Assembly: GCA_016937855.1 (NCBI GenBank)
Contig: JAFGVU010000123.1
Location: 4,332-68,331, forward strand
From: Bacteroidales bacterium
GTDB taxonomy: Bacteria > Bacteroidota > Bacteroidia > Bacteroidales > ML635J-15
DNA: 64,000 nucleotides
Direction of reading: 5' to 3'
Positions within the stretch are counted from its first letter, which is position 1, and each line of letters begins with the position of its first letter. Of this stretch, positions 1 through 9,883 are shown one piece after another. A program made the position numbers and the translations under genes. The notes beneath the pieces were generated by a model. It did no database searches. It was not told the origin of the DNA and was given only the letters and a program-made list of their open reading frames with translations.

Positions 1-666
1 GTTTACAAACATGGTGTTTTTCTTGAAGATGCACCAGATTGCAACTTTTCGCCTGATGAAATGGTTAAAACCGTTAAAAATAAAACTATTGATGTTTTAA
101 ATTCAGGAAAGATTTTTACAATGATTGGTGGCGAACACTCTGTTAGTATAGGAGCAATTATGGCCGCTGCCGAGAAATATCCGGACATATCTGTTTTGCA
201 ACTTGATGCGCATTCCGATTTACGTCACGAGTATCTTGGTACAGAATATAATCATGCATGCGCATTACATTGGGCATCAAAACATACAAATCTTATTCAA
301 GTTGGTATCAGAAGTATGGATGTTGAGGAAAAACCTTTTGTAAAAAAAGAAAAAGTGTTTTACGCAGAGAGTATCGCATGTCGTAACGATTGGCAACAAC
401 AAGTTATTGATAAGCTTGGAGACAATGTTTACTTAACCATTGACCTTGATTATTTTGATCCCTCAATTATGCCTTCAACAGGAACGCCAGAGCCCGGAGG
501 GTTGACATGGTATCCTACTTTAGATTTATTAAAAAAACTTGCCAAACAGAAAAATATCATTGGCTTTGATATTGTTGAGCTAGCACCTAATCCGACAAGT
601 CCTGCCTCTGATTTTCTTGCTGCAAAACTGTATTATAAAATATTAACTTACATTTTAGAAAAATAA
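1..666 (+). CDS. speB: Agmatinase / arginase-family ureohydrolase (5' end lies outside the window)
   Basis: Frame 1 is open from base 1 (VYKHGVFLEDAPD... precedes the Met at 61), so the gene starts upstream. Arginase-fold metal-binding motifs are present: GGEHS, LDAHSDL, DLDYFDPS, TPEPGGL. Confidence 0.85.
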   Translation, partial: VYKHGVFLEDAPDCNFSPDEMVKTVKNKTIDVLNSGKIFTMIGGEHSVSIGAIMAAAEKYPDISVLQLDAHSDLRHEYLGTEYNHACALHWASKHTNLIQVGIRSMDVEEKPFVKKEKVFYAESIACRNDWQQQVIDKLGDNVYLTIDLDYFDPSIMPSTGTPEPGGLTWYPTLDLLKKLAKQKNIIGFDIVELAPNPTSPASDFLAAKLYYKILTYILEK

Positions 667-668
667 AA

Positions 669-1646
669 ATGGAAACAAAAGGAGTAATTTCAAAATTTAT
701 TGAAGAAAATTATAAGCACTTTAATGCTGCTGCTTTAGTGGATGCATCAAAAGCGTATGTGAAACACCTGGATGAAGGTGGTAAAATGATGATAACTCTC
801 GCCGGAGCGATGAGTACTGCTGAATTAGGAAAGACTTTAGCCGAGATGATTCGTCAGGATAAAGTTCAAATAATATCTTGCACCGGAGCAAATCTCGAAG
901 AGGATATTATGAATTTAGTTGCCCATACTCATTACGAACGAGTTCCTCACTATAGAGACTTAACTCCTGATGATGAATGGGAACTTTTAGAAAAAGGCCT
1001 TAATAGAGTAACAGATACGTGTATCCCAGAGGAGGAGGCTTTTAGAAGATTGCAATCAAATATCTTTAAACAATGGAAAACAGCTCAGGATAAAGGAGAG
1101 AGGTATTTCCCACATGAGTACATGTATAAAATGTTATTGAGTGGTGATCTTGAAAAATATTATGAAATTGATCCCAAAAATTCTTGGATGCTTGCTGCAG
1201 CGGAAAAAAATCTTCCGATAATTGTTCCCGGCTGGGAAGATTCTACAATGGGAAATATTTTTGCATCATACTGTATAAAAGGTGAGCTTAACCCATCAAC
1301 TATGAAGTCTGGTATCGAATATATGATGTGGTTAGCCGATTGGTATCGACACAACTCATCGGGTAAAGGTGTAGGCTTTTATCAGATTGGTGGAGGTATT
1401 GCCGGTGATTTCCCGATTTGTGTAGTTCCTATGATGTATCAGGATTTGGAATGGGAAGATGTTCCGTTCTGGAGCTATTTTTGTCAGGTTAGTGATTCAA
1501 CCACTAGTTACGGATCTTATTCGGGTGCTGTGCCAAACGAGAAAATTACATGGGGTAAGTTAGATAAGGACACGCCAAAATTTATTGTAGAGTCAGATGC
1601 GACAATTGTGGCACCATTAATGTTTGCATGGATACTCGGATATTAA
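669..1646 (+). CDS. Deoxyhypusine synthase-like protein (DHS / homospermidine-synthase-like family)
   Basis: DHS-family motifs ITLAGAMSTAELG, SCTGANLEEDI, GGGIAGDFP. The C-terminal EKITWGKLD keeps a Lys in the SWGK-like context of the catalytic Lys of eukaryotic DHS (alignment from memory). Starts 2 nt after the speB stop. Confidence 0.8.
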   Translation: METKGVISKFIEENYKHFNAAALVDASKAYVKHLDEGGKMMITLAGAMSTAELGKTLAEMIRQDKVQIISCTGANLEEDIMNLVAHTHYERVPHYRDLTPDDEWELLEKGLNRVTDTCIPEEEAFRRLQSNIFKQWKTAQDKGERYFPHEYMYKMLLSGDLEKYYEIDPKNSWMLAAAEKNLPIIVPGWEDSTMGNIFASYCIKGELNPSTMKSGIEYMMWLADWYRHNSSGKGVGFYQIGGGIAGDFPICVVPMMYQDLEWEDVPFWSYFCQVSDSTTSYGSYSGAVPNEKITWGKLDKDTPKFIVESDATIVAPLMFAWILGY

Positions 1647-1679
1647 AAAACTAGTATAAACTAAAAACGATTATTAATT

Positions 1680-2366
1680 ATGAAAAGAATTGCATTATTT
1701 TTTGCACTTGTGATTATTTCTTTTGTTGTGGTTTCTCAGAATTGTGAGACTTATATTCCTACATCGGTTGGGACAAAAGTTACAACAGAACATTACGATA
1801 AAAAGGACAAACTAAGCTCATCTGTTGTTACAGAAGTAAAATCTGTTGAAATTGTAGATGGTAAACAAAAGGTTGTTGTTGCAACTGAGAGTTTTGATAA
1901 AAAAGGAGTTAGCACAGGAACAAATGAGTTAACTTATTACTGCAACGGTGATATTTTTGAAGTGGACACCAAATCTATGCTTGATAACAGTCAACTCGGA
2001 GCATACGAGTCTATGCAAATAAATTACACTTTTGAGAATTTGCAGTATCCGGCTAAATTGACTTCGGGCATGAGTCTTAAAGACGGTTTTGTTGAGGCTG
2101 TTATCTCAAACGAAGGAATAAAAATGTTGACTCTTCGTGTTGATGTAAAAGATGCAAAAGTTGATGCCATTGAGTCAATTACTGTACCTGCCGGAACTTA
2201 TGAAGCCGCAAAAATATCACAAACTCTAATTACTAAAACCGGCTTTGTTACTACTGAAATGCAATCCGTTCAGTGGATGGTAAAAGATATTGGAGCAGTT
2301 AGAACCGAAACCTATAATAAGAGCGGAAAGCTAATGGGATACTCGGTTATTGCAAAGGTTGAATAA
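1680..2366 (+). CDS. Hypothetical secreted protein
   Basis: 228-aa ORF with N-terminal signal-like segment MKRIALFFALVIISFVVVSQ. Followed by an intrinsic terminator. No motif recognised. Confidence 0.6.
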   Translation: MKRIALFFALVIISFVVVSQNCETYIPTSVGTKVTTEHYDKKDKLSSSVVTEVKSVEIVDGKQKVVVATESFDKKGVSTGTNELTYYCNGDIFEVDTKSMLDNSQLGAYESMQINYTFENLQYPAKLTSGMSLKDGFVEAVISNEGIKMLTLRVDVKDAKVDAIESITVPAGTYEAAKISQTLITKTGFVTTEMQSVQWMVKDIGAVRTETYNKSGKLMGYSVIAKVE

Positions 2367-2392
2367 AAGATAATATACTGTTTGTATAATGT

Positions 2393-2418
2393 GCCCTCAA
2401 AACTTGAGGGCTTTTTTG
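2393..2418 (+). terminator. Rho-independent terminator
   Basis: GCCCTCAA / TTGAGGGC stem followed by a T6 run, 27 nt after the stop at 2366. Confidence 0.8.
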
Positions 2419-2462
2419 TTGAATAAAACAGATTATATCTTCATTTGTAAGTTAAAAAAATG

Positions 2463-2470
2463 TATCTTTG
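2463..2470 (+). promoter_or_regulatory. Bacteroidota-type -7 promoter box (TATCTTTG)
   Basis: Exact TAnnTTTG match 47 nt upstream of the ATG at 2518. A TTTG lies at 2444-2447, with shorter spacing than the usual -33 element. Confidence 0.5.
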
Positions 2471-2517
2471 AGATAAAAGATTTCTTGTTTTTTTTATTCG
2501 TATGAAAAATACTTGTT

Positions 2518-3786
2518 ATGAAAAACTTAACTATAATTCTTATATTTATTATATTTTTAACTTTTTTCTTTTCCTTAAGTGTAAATGGGCAGAATTTATT
2601 TGTAGATGATGATATTTTAATTGAAGTTTGTTTTACTGGTAACCATACTTGTGTTTCCGACCTTGGTTTTTACTTAATTGCCCCAGGAATGATTGGGACA
2701 CATCCTGGATTTAATGGAGTAGTACAGCTTCTACCCTCTGTTGTAGATTGGGGGCCTGAGGGAACTCACGGTAGCTGGGGTGGAGTGCCATGGAGTGTGT
2801 TGGGATGTAATGCGTCAGATGAAAATACTCCTTGTAATAATGGGAACGATTTTATAGATTTGTGTTTTACGAGTACCCTTGAAGGTGGAAATCCAAACTA
2901 TACCGCATGTATTTGTGATATGGAAACTCCATTAACCGGTGAATTTGCTCCTGTTGACTCATGGGAGAATATATATGGTTATCCTTTAGTTGGAGATTGG
3001 GTAATTAGTATTTTTGATTGTATGTCTAATGATATTGGTGGATTATTTGAAGGAACAATATCTTTTTCTAACGGTCTTGGAGACGAAGTTAATTATTCTT
3101 TTTATCCGGATAATGATTACTTAATATTTGATAATTGTTGTAATATGATTTATGCAGCAAGATGGGGAATAAATATAAGTCCAGAAAGTATTTTGGGAAT
3201 TACAATATATTATCCAGATACATATTCAACTCAAGATTATTTTAGTAGTTGTGAGTTTATTGATGATGATTTGCCTTTTGAACCATATGTGAATATTGAC
3301 TCAATAGCTATTCTTTCTATAGTCCAATCTAATGAATTTGATTATGCGGTAACATATCAGGTTTTACAAGAAGATTTGACTAAATCAGGTGTTTTTACAG
3401 CGTTATATTATATTGAAGAACCATTGCCACAATATATGAATATTAATCTGTCTGTTCTATGGGAGAATACAAGTACAGGTTCAAGTCAAATTGTAAATGT
3501 AAATCATGAAGTTAATTCTGATGATATTGTTTTTACTGAAATTAGTGAACTTAATAAAATCTCAAATGAGATTACTTACCCTAATCCTGTATCTGATTTA
3601 TTAAAGTTTAAAGATTTACCTGAAAACACAATTGTCAGCATCTATGACCAAAATGGAAGAATTCTAGTAAAAGATTTCTTGCTTGAGTATAATGAAATAA
3701 ATGTGGAACAATATGAATCGGGTATTTATACAATAAAAATTGAGCAAAATGGAGATGTGAAATTCTCAAAGTTTGTGAAAAAGTAA
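2518..3786 (+). CDS. T9SS-sorted secreted protein with proprotein-convertase P-domain-like region
   Basis: Signal peptide. P-domain-like motifs (HTCVSDLGFYLIAPG; GDWVISIFDCMSNDIGGLFEGTISF). C-terminal T9SS type-A sorting domain (ITYPNPVSDLLKF...GIYTIKIEQNGDVKFSKFVKK). Confidence 0.7.
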   Translation: MKNLTIILIFIIFLTFFFSLSVNGQNLFVDDDILIEVCFTGNHTCVSDLGFYLIAPGMIGTHPGFNGVVQLLPSVVDWGPEGTHGSWGGVPWSVLGCNASDENTPCNNGNDFIDLCFTSTLEGGNPNYTACICDMETPLTGEFAPVDSWENIYGYPLVGDWVISIFDCMSNDIGGLFEGTISFSNGLGDEVNYSFYPDNDYLIFDNCCNMIYAARWGINISPESILGITIYYPDTYSTQDYFSSCEFIDDDLPFEPYVNIDSIAILSIVQSNEFDYAVTYQVLQEDLTKSGVFTALYYIEEPLPQYMNINLSVLWENTSTGSSQIVNVNHEVNSDDIVFTEISELNKISNEITYPNPVSDLLKFKDLPENTIVSIYDQNGRILVKDFLLEYNEINVEQYESGIYTIKIEQNGDVKFSKFVKK

Positions 3787-3808
3787 ATATTTTCTATAGT
3801 GATTTTCT

Positions 3809-3835
3809 GCTCTTCAATTTTGAAGGGCTTTTTTT
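3809..3835 (+). terminator. Rho-independent terminator
   Basis: GCTCTTCA / TGAAGGGC stem (one G-U pair), ATTT loop, T7 run. Confidence 0.7.
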
Positions 3836-3902
3836 AGAATTCAATAACTTTTATTATTTTTATCATTCTAATTAACCGAGTTATTTATTTAAATTTTAGA
3901 CT

Positions 3903-4826
3903 ATGAAAAAGATTAAATTTTTATTTATTGCAGCAGTAGTTGCAACTTTCTTCTCATGTGGTGGTGGAACAAGTGAAACTGCAGACGATACAGTAAAAGA
4001 CACAACGGCAAACGAAACAGAATCCCCTGTTAAAGACGATGGGAAAATCGATCCGTTTAAAGATTTCCCGGATGTTGGTATAAGTGCAAAAGCAGGAGAT
4101 TATATCCTAACTCCATCATTAACATGGCAACAAGATGCAACAACTGATGGGCCAGAGTCAACGACATTTATTTTCTACTCTGCAAAGATGTCAGAACCTG
4201 GTGATGACTATAGTGTCGTTGATTTTACTTTTGATGATGACACAGAAATACCCAACTATATGATTATCCCAATTAAATCGGGACAAACAGCAAGTGTTGG
4301 AGATATCGTTCTTACATGGTGGCAATCAGGAAGTGGAATGCAGCGCGCTATAGTTACAGATGCATCTGATCCCCTGTCCCCTGAAGTCAATTATATCGAT
4401 ATCAGTTGGACAAATCCAGCAAAAAATAGTGATGGCGTTCCTATTGGGCAGCAAACTGAAAAGATTAAAGCTAATTCTTTTCACATTCTAAAAAACAAAT
4501 GGGAGCCAGGGACGAGTGTAGCAGTGAAGAAAGATTTGGATTATTATGTGGCTACCCTTGTTTGTGTTAGTGGGGATAAGGTTCTAACAATTGGTTGGGC
4601 GGGAGCAATGAAGGTTTACGATAAGGAAGATTGTTTTGCTATAGAAATAAAGCCTAATTTGAAAGTCGGAGATCAGGTTCAGGCTCCTTGGGTTGGCAAA
4701 TTTGTTAATACAGAAGTTGTAAAAGTTGACACAAAGCTTGGACGCGTGTGGTGTGATGATCCCTACTCTGACGATCCTATGGTTGTCCCATTTGGAGATG
4801 TTACTACCGGTCTTGATATTAAATAA
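3903..4826 (+). CDS. Hypothetical lipoprotein
   Basis: Signal peptide plus lipobox (ATFFSCGGG). Two similar segments (GDIVLTWWQSGSG..., GDQVQAPWVGKF...) suggest SH3/Tudor-like repeats. No further assignment. Confidence 0.65.
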   Translation: MKKIKFLFIAAVVATFFSCGGGTSETADDTVKDTTANETESPVKDDGKIDPFKDFPDVGISAKAGDYILTPSLTWQQDATTDGPESTTFIFYSAKMSEPGDDYSVVDFTFDDDTEIPNYMIIPIKSGQTASVGDIVLTWWQSGSGMQRAIVTDASDPLSPEVNYIDISWTNPAKNSDGVPIGQQTEKIKANSFHILKNKWEPGTSVAVKKDLDYYVATLVCVSGDKVLTIGWAGAMKVYDKEDCFAIEIKPNLKVGDQVQAPWVGKFVNTEVVKVDTKLGRVWCDDPYSDDPMVVPFGDVTTGLDIK

Positions 4827-4845
4827 TTACATCTTATATCTTTAT

Positions 4846-4883
4846 AAAAAACAAAGGCTGAGTTTTAGCCTTTGTTTTTTTTT
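4846..4883. terminator. Bidirectional intrinsic terminator
   Basis: ACAAAGGCT / AGCCTTTGT 9-bp stem flanked by an A-run on the left and T8 on the right. It lies between convergent genes and overlaps the last codons of the minus-strand ORF ending at 4865. Confidence 0.8.
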
Positions 4884-5167
4884 GTGATGTGATTTATAAA
4901 TCTTTTTGTATTCATAAAATATGATGAGAATTTATGTGTTTTGCCTCTTACTGAAATAATTACACTTCTAATTATTGGAGAGCTTTCTTCTTTGATCGAA
5001 CTTATTTCATCTTTTTTTATGATTATATCCTGATTTTCTTTTTCATTTGAAATTTTGATAGAGATAACTTTTTTATCAGCCTTTATGTTTGCCGAAAATT
5101 TTCCGCCCGCAGGCGGAAAATAATTCAGCTTCCATTCTTCATGGATGATATTTGGTTGGGAATACAT
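4865..5167 (-). CDS. Small hypothetical protein (possibly PH/GRAM-like fold)
   Basis: 100-aa ORF with no signal peptide. Its ATG directly abuts the TAA of the upstream 572-aa gene (TAAATG at 5170-5165 on the minus strand). The fold guess rests only on the alternating beta-like pattern. Confidence 0.45.
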   Translation of the reverse strand: MYSQPNIIHEEWKLNYFPPAGGKFSANIKADKKVISIKISNEKENQDIIIKKDEISSIKEESSPIIRSVIISVRGKTHKFSSYFMNTKRFINHITKKNKG

Positions 5168-6886
5168 TTATTTTACTTTTGCAAATGGAACAGGAAGGTG
5201 CATTGTGTTTAAAAGAGAAGGCCCAAATGAGAATTCGATTCTCTCATTAAAGTATGGTTTTCCATATGTTCCACCACCCATATAATCTTCTTTAACTGCA
5301 ATTCTCTTTTGAATGCGATAACCATATTCACATTTGTATAAAACATCAGCTTTACATTCGCGATAAAGAATTTCGCCCCATGAATTTGTAACAACTTTCC
5401 ATTCTGTTTGTGTTGCAACATCGATGATTTCTAGTTCCGGTCCACCGGTATTAGAGTTTTTCAATGTGTTATCAACGCTTACCCAGTCTCCGGTTGCATG
5501 GCTAAGTTTTGTAGCTGAGCTTGAGTTAATCAGCTGATTTACACCTTCTTGTGTCACTTTGAAGTTAATTGTGTTTTCAGCAATTGAAGGCCATTGTTCG
5601 AAATAGGAATTGATGAATTCGTATGTTACGTCGTAAGGTATGCACTCCTGAGAGTATGCTTTAATTCGCAATGTGTGATCGCCAACACCAATTTTCCCTC
5701 CATAGAGCATATCTAGTAATGCATATGCTACAGGATTTGCATCTTTGAATAGAATTGAATTGTTAAAGCCGGCATCAATAGTATTATATCCTGCATCAGA
5801 TTTAGGGAATAATATCATGTTAAATTCCTTTTTAACTTCGTAATCGTCATCCCATAAGTCTGCTCCCCATGCTGCTACTGGTATGTTGTCAATCGAAACA
5901 TAAAATAACATGCTTCCGTGATCATAATCACATGTTGTTGCTTTGCACCATTTTTCGTTATAGTATTTAGGTGCATTTGGTAATTGAAGTTTGAAATTAA
6001 GCTCTGATGTTCCGGGAGTATATGTCTGAGAACTGAAAACGAAATTTCCTTTTTCCTCATCTTTTAAAGGACGTAAATGTTTGGGGCCATTCATTGCTAA
6101 AGCTTCTGCGCCTGCTGCGTCAACTTTGATTTTAACTGTTCCGGAGCATATTGTGATTTTTGGTTCTGTTGAACTGCTTTCACCAAGACCAAATTCAACT
6201 TTTAACTCATGTGAACCACCTGACATTTTTCCATTTGCTGCTGTTGTATAGAGTTTTGGAACATTTTTTTCCTGATATAAATGCTGAAAAACCCAAATGT
6301 CTTGATTAGTTTCTAATTGAGATTGATCTGCAGCTAATCTTTCGGCAAAATCCGGATTTACATTAAGTGGGATGTCAATATACGACCAAGTTTTTGAGAT
6401 ATTACTTGCAAAAGTGTAGGGACCAGCAACAAATTGTTTTGTACCATCAATATATACAGTCACAAATCCATAAGCCGAAAAACTAGATGCAAAGCCATTT
6501 TCGTCAGCAAACTCAATCATTGTTTTACCTAAATTCATGCGAACAAATAGTTCATCGCCTATACTAACTTCGTTTTTAAAACCATTTGGTTTAAAGCTGG
6601 TATAAAAGTATGCTTTTCCATTATCCAAAGCTGTTGAAGTTGCCACAGTATTGCTGGCAGTACTGCTGTTGTTCGATTCATTAACAGTTTCGACGTTTGA
6701 GCCGACCGAAGAAGTTTGATTGTCATTTTCTTCTTTGTCTTTTTTGTTTTTCCCAATACCAACTTTATCAGCTGATGATGATACTTTGTCTTTCGCATTT
6801 TTTAAGCTACCAATTTGCGCGGTTGCCGAAAAACTAGCTATTGTTAATACGGCAATAATAATCATAAGTTTCTTCATTTTTTTCAT
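5168..6886 (-). CDS. Hypothetical secreted protein (572 aa, unknown fold)
   Basis: Signal peptide MKKMKKLMIIIAVLTIASFSATAQ, then an S/N/T/K-rich low-complexity linker, then about 480 aa with no recognisable motif. Same strand and downstream of the LytTR regulator. Confidence 0.7.
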   Translation of the reverse strand: MKKMKKLMIIIAVLTIASFSATAQIGSLKNAKDKVSSSADKVGIGKNKKDKEENDNQTSSVGSNVETVNESNNSSTASNTVATSTALDNGKAYFYTSFKPNGFKNEVSIGDELFVRMNLGKTMIEFADENGFASSFSAYGFVTVYIDGTKQFVAGPYTFASNISKTWSYIDIPLNVNPDFAERLAADQSQLETNQDIWVFQHLYQEKNVPKLYTTAANGKMSGGSHELKVEFGLGESSSTEPKITICSGTVKIKVDAAGAEALAMNGPKHLRPLKDEEKGNFVFSSQTYTPGTSELNFKLQLPNAPKYYNEKWCKATTCDYDHGSMLFYVSIDNIPVAAWGADLWDDDYEVKKEFNMILFPKSDAGYNTIDAGFNNSILFKDANPVAYALLDMLYGGKIGVGDHTLRIKAYSQECIPYDVTYEFINSYFEQWPSIAENTINFKVTQEGVNQLINSSSATKLSHATGDWVSVDNTLKNSNTGGPELEIIDVATQTEWKVVTNSWGEILYRECKADVLYKCEYGYRIQKRIAVKEDYMGGGTYGKPYFNERIEFSFGPSLLNTMHLPVPFAKVK

Positions 6887-7036
6887 GTTTTTTGTTATTA
6901 ATTTGTGGCTAAATTACTGCAGGCAAAGCTTATATTTAGCTTAAAAGTGGTAAGCTAGTTTTAAAAAATGGTAAAAGATATAATTTCTTGGGTAAATCGA
7001 ATTATGTGTAATCCGAGTGTATGTTTTTGGATTCTC

Positions 7037-7774
7037 CTAGAGGATATTTAGCCTTTTTAGCAAGTCTTGTTTGTATGTCTGACTAACAATTAGCATAGTT
7101 TTGTCAATGTAAACCAAATTATCCTCTATCGAGCTAATCTTGTCCAGTGCAACAGCATGCGATCTGTGTATTCTTAAAAAATTCGAACCTAATTTTGTAA
7201 TAACATCTTTTAAAAAGGCACTTACAATGTATTTATTGGTCTTTGTATGAATTATTGTGTAATTGTCCATTGCCTCTGCCCAATATATTTCTTCTAATCG
7301 TATTTTTTTATAAATGCCTTTGTCCTTGATAAATAGATTGTTGTTTTCTAGGGTAAAGTCCTGCATAGTTTCTTTTGTATCGTCAATAATTCTTTTAGAA
7401 AAGTTTGTAATAGCTAATTGGATGTTGTGATTTAAGTCTTCGTCTTTAAATGGTTTTGTTATAAAACCCATCGGCTTTACAGACAAAGCTTGACTAAAAG
7501 TTTTTGAATCGCTATATGCAGTAATAAATAATATCGGGATGTCAAATTTGTCATTAATAATCTCAGCGATATCTATACCTGATTTAGATGAATTGAGATT
7601 TATGTCTAGCAAGGCAACATCAATTTTATTTTCAAGCAATATACTTAGAGAGTCTTTATAAGAATTTGCGATCCCTACAACATTGTAATTCATTTTTTTT
7701 AGGCGCATCTCAATATCAAGAGCAATGGAGAACTCATCTTCTACAATTAATACATTAGTTTTTATGTCTGTCAT
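7037..7774 (-). CDS. LytTR-family response regulator
   Basis: N-terminal receiver (VLIVEDEFSIA...DVALLDINL...ITKPF) and C-terminal LytTR DNA-binding domain (FLRIHRSHAVALDKI). Confidence 0.9.
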   Translation of the reverse strand: MTDIKTNVLIVEDEFSIALDIEMRLKKMNYNVVGIANSYKDSLSILLENKIDVALLDINLNSSKSGIDIAEIINDKFDIPILFITAYSDSKTFSQALSVKPMGFITKPFKDEDLNHNIQLAITNFSKRIIDDTKETMQDFTLENNNLFIKDKGIYKKIRLEEIYWAEAMDNYTIIHTKTNKYIVSAFLKDVITKLGSNFLRIHRSHAVALDKISSIEDNLVYIDKTMLIVSQTYKQDLLKRLNIL

Positions 7775-7784
7775 AATTTCTTGT

Positions 7785-9737
7785 TTAAAAATCTATTATT
7801 GTGGACATTCCGTTGTCGTTTTTTATCTCAATTGTTCCTTTAATTTGTTTTACTAAACCACGCACAAGTCTTAGTCCAAGAGTATCTGAATTGCTAATCT
7901 CATAATCTGTCGATAATCCTTTGCCATTATCGCTAATTACTAATCGATATTTTTCACCAATAATATGTCCATTTATTTTGATTGTTTTATTAGAGTCATT
8001 TTCGCTAAATGCATGTTTAATACTGTTTGTGATTAGCTCGGTTATTATCAATCCGCAAGGAACCATCTTGTCAATATCGATAAGATTGTTCTCAACAACA
8101 ACAACCAACAGAATATTATTATTACTTAATCCAAATGATGTACTGATATATTTGCATAAATCATTAACATATTCCGAGAAATTTATATTGCTAATTTTTT
8201 CACTTTTATATAGACTCTCGTGAATCATTGACATTGCATCTACTCGAGATTGGCTAATCTTTAGTGTTTGATATTCGCTTGTACCTATTTCTGCTTTATC
8301 GGACTGTAAATTTAATAGACTACTAATTATTTGAAGATTGTTTTTTACACGATGATGCACTTCTCGTAGTAGTGCTTCTCTTTCTTTTAAAGATGAGTTT
8401 AGTTCGCGGTTTAATAAGGAATACTTTTTATTGCGCTTGTATATGTTATAAATGAAAAAGATAATTATTCCCATTGCAATGATTAACACATATATACTCG
8501 TTTGTTTTCGAGAGTTTTCTTTGGAGATAAGTTCATTTATTAATTGTTGTTGCTTAGTGCTATCCTCTAATTGCTTAATAAAATACTCTTTGTTTGCAAC
8601 ATTAAACTTGATTTGGAACTCTGCCATAAGTTTCTGTTTAGAATCTGAAAGTATGCTATCCATTAGGTTTTGATGCAATTCTAAATACTTTAGTGCATTT
8701 GGGTAGTCTGAGTTGGTTTTATAAGCAAGGTATAGCTCATTGTATATTGGTAGCTGTAATTTTTCAGTTTGAGTTTGCTCTGCAATTCTTTTAGCTACTA
8801 ATAGGTGTTCTATAGCCTTTTGGAAGTCATTCTGACATGAGTAGGCTTTGCCCAAAATTAGATTTGATTCTGCAATTCCTTGCAAATTATTTAATGTATC
8901 GTAAGAGATAACCAAGGGGCTAACACTTGCGATAATGTTTTTGCAATTACCAAGCAAAATGTCAATTTCGGCAATTCTTAAACTACAGTCGTTATTTTCT
9001 TTTATTCTGTTTTTAGATATCCAGATATTCCTCGATTTTTTGAAATATTCTTTCGCCTGTATTAATTCTCCCTTTTTTAATGCCAGCGAACCAAGATCAT
9101 ATAAGGCCCATGCTTCTTTAAAAAATGAATTTGCAAGAGAGTAGTGATTTCTTGATATTTGAAAGTGTTCCTCGGCAGCATTAAAATCATCTATTTCGAG
9201 GAAAACTGCACCAATATTCGAATGTAATTCTCCAATATAGAGTGTGTCGTTGTGTTTTTCAAATATTTCGAGTGATTTATAATAATTGTTTAATGCTAAT
9301 TCGTGGTAACCCATAAGTTTGTATGTCTGAGCTAAATTATTTAAAGCAGATGCTTTTCCTCTTTCAAAATCATTTTGCTCATAATATGGTACAGCAAGAT
9401 TAAAATAGTTTATCGCACTGTCATATTGAGTTGTGTTCTTATATAAAACTCCAATAAAATTGCATAAATATGAAAGATCGGTAATAGAGTTACTTTCCCT
9501 TGCGTAGTCAAGAGCGATATAACAATAATGTAAAGCAGAATCTGGGTAATTATAATAATACTCGGTTGCTATTTCTGAGTAAAGTAAACATAAGTCAGCA
9601 GGGTTGCTTTCTGCAGAAATAACATTTTTTATCGAATCCACATGCTTAAAATCTTGCGAATAAACTTTCGTATTAAACGTTGATATCAGAAAAAAACAGA
9701 TGCCAACAAAAAAAAGATTTAAGTATAGACTCATCAA
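7785..9737 (-). CDS. Sensor histidine kinase with extracytoplasmic TPR region (HisKA_2-type)
   Basis: N-terminal TM or signal, about 370 aa of TPR-like repeats, second TM ([19 protein letters not shown]), H-box [20 protein letters not shown], and a HATPase region ([11 protein letters not shown]...DNGKGL...LGLRLV). Confidence 0.85.
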   Translation of the reverse strand: MMSLYLNLFFVGICFFLISTFNTKVYSQDFKHVDSIKNVISAESNPADLCLLYSEIATEYYYNYPDSALHYCYIALDYARESNSITDLSYLCNFIGVLYKNTTQYDSAINYFNLAVPYYEQNDFERGKASALNNLAQTYKLMGYHELALNNYYKSLEIFEKHNDTLYIGELHSNIGAVFLEIDDFNAAEEHFQISRNHYSLANSFFKEAWALYDLGSLALKKGELIQAKEYFKKSRNIWISKNRIKENNDCSLRIAEIDILLGNCKNIIASVSPLVISYDTLNNLQGIAESNLILGKAYSCQNDFQKAIEHLLVAKRIAEQTQTEKLQLPIYNELYLAYKTNSDYPNALKYLELHQNLMDSILSDSKQKLMAEFQIKFNVANKEYFIKQLEDSTKQQQLINELISKENSRKQTSIYVLIIAMGIIIFFIYNIYKRNKKYSLLNRELNSSLKEREALLREVHHRVKNNLQIISSLLNLQSDKAEIGTSEYQTLKISQSRVDAMSMIHESLYKSEKISNINFSEYVNDLCKYISTSFGLSNNNILLVVVVENNLIDIDKMVPCGLIITELITNSIKHAFSENDSNKTIKINGHIIGEKYRLVISDNGKGLSTDYEISNSDTLGLRLVRGLVKQIKGTIEIKNDNGMSTIIDF

Positions 9738-9883
9738 TTACATAATTAATTATTGGCTTAAAAATATGATAAAATTTCTTATAATCCTGCTTAATAAATC
9801 AATTTTTTTATGAAATAGTTAGTTCGTTGTTATAGTTTTGATTAAACAAACGATTATACATGCTGCGATTCGATTAGTTTTTA

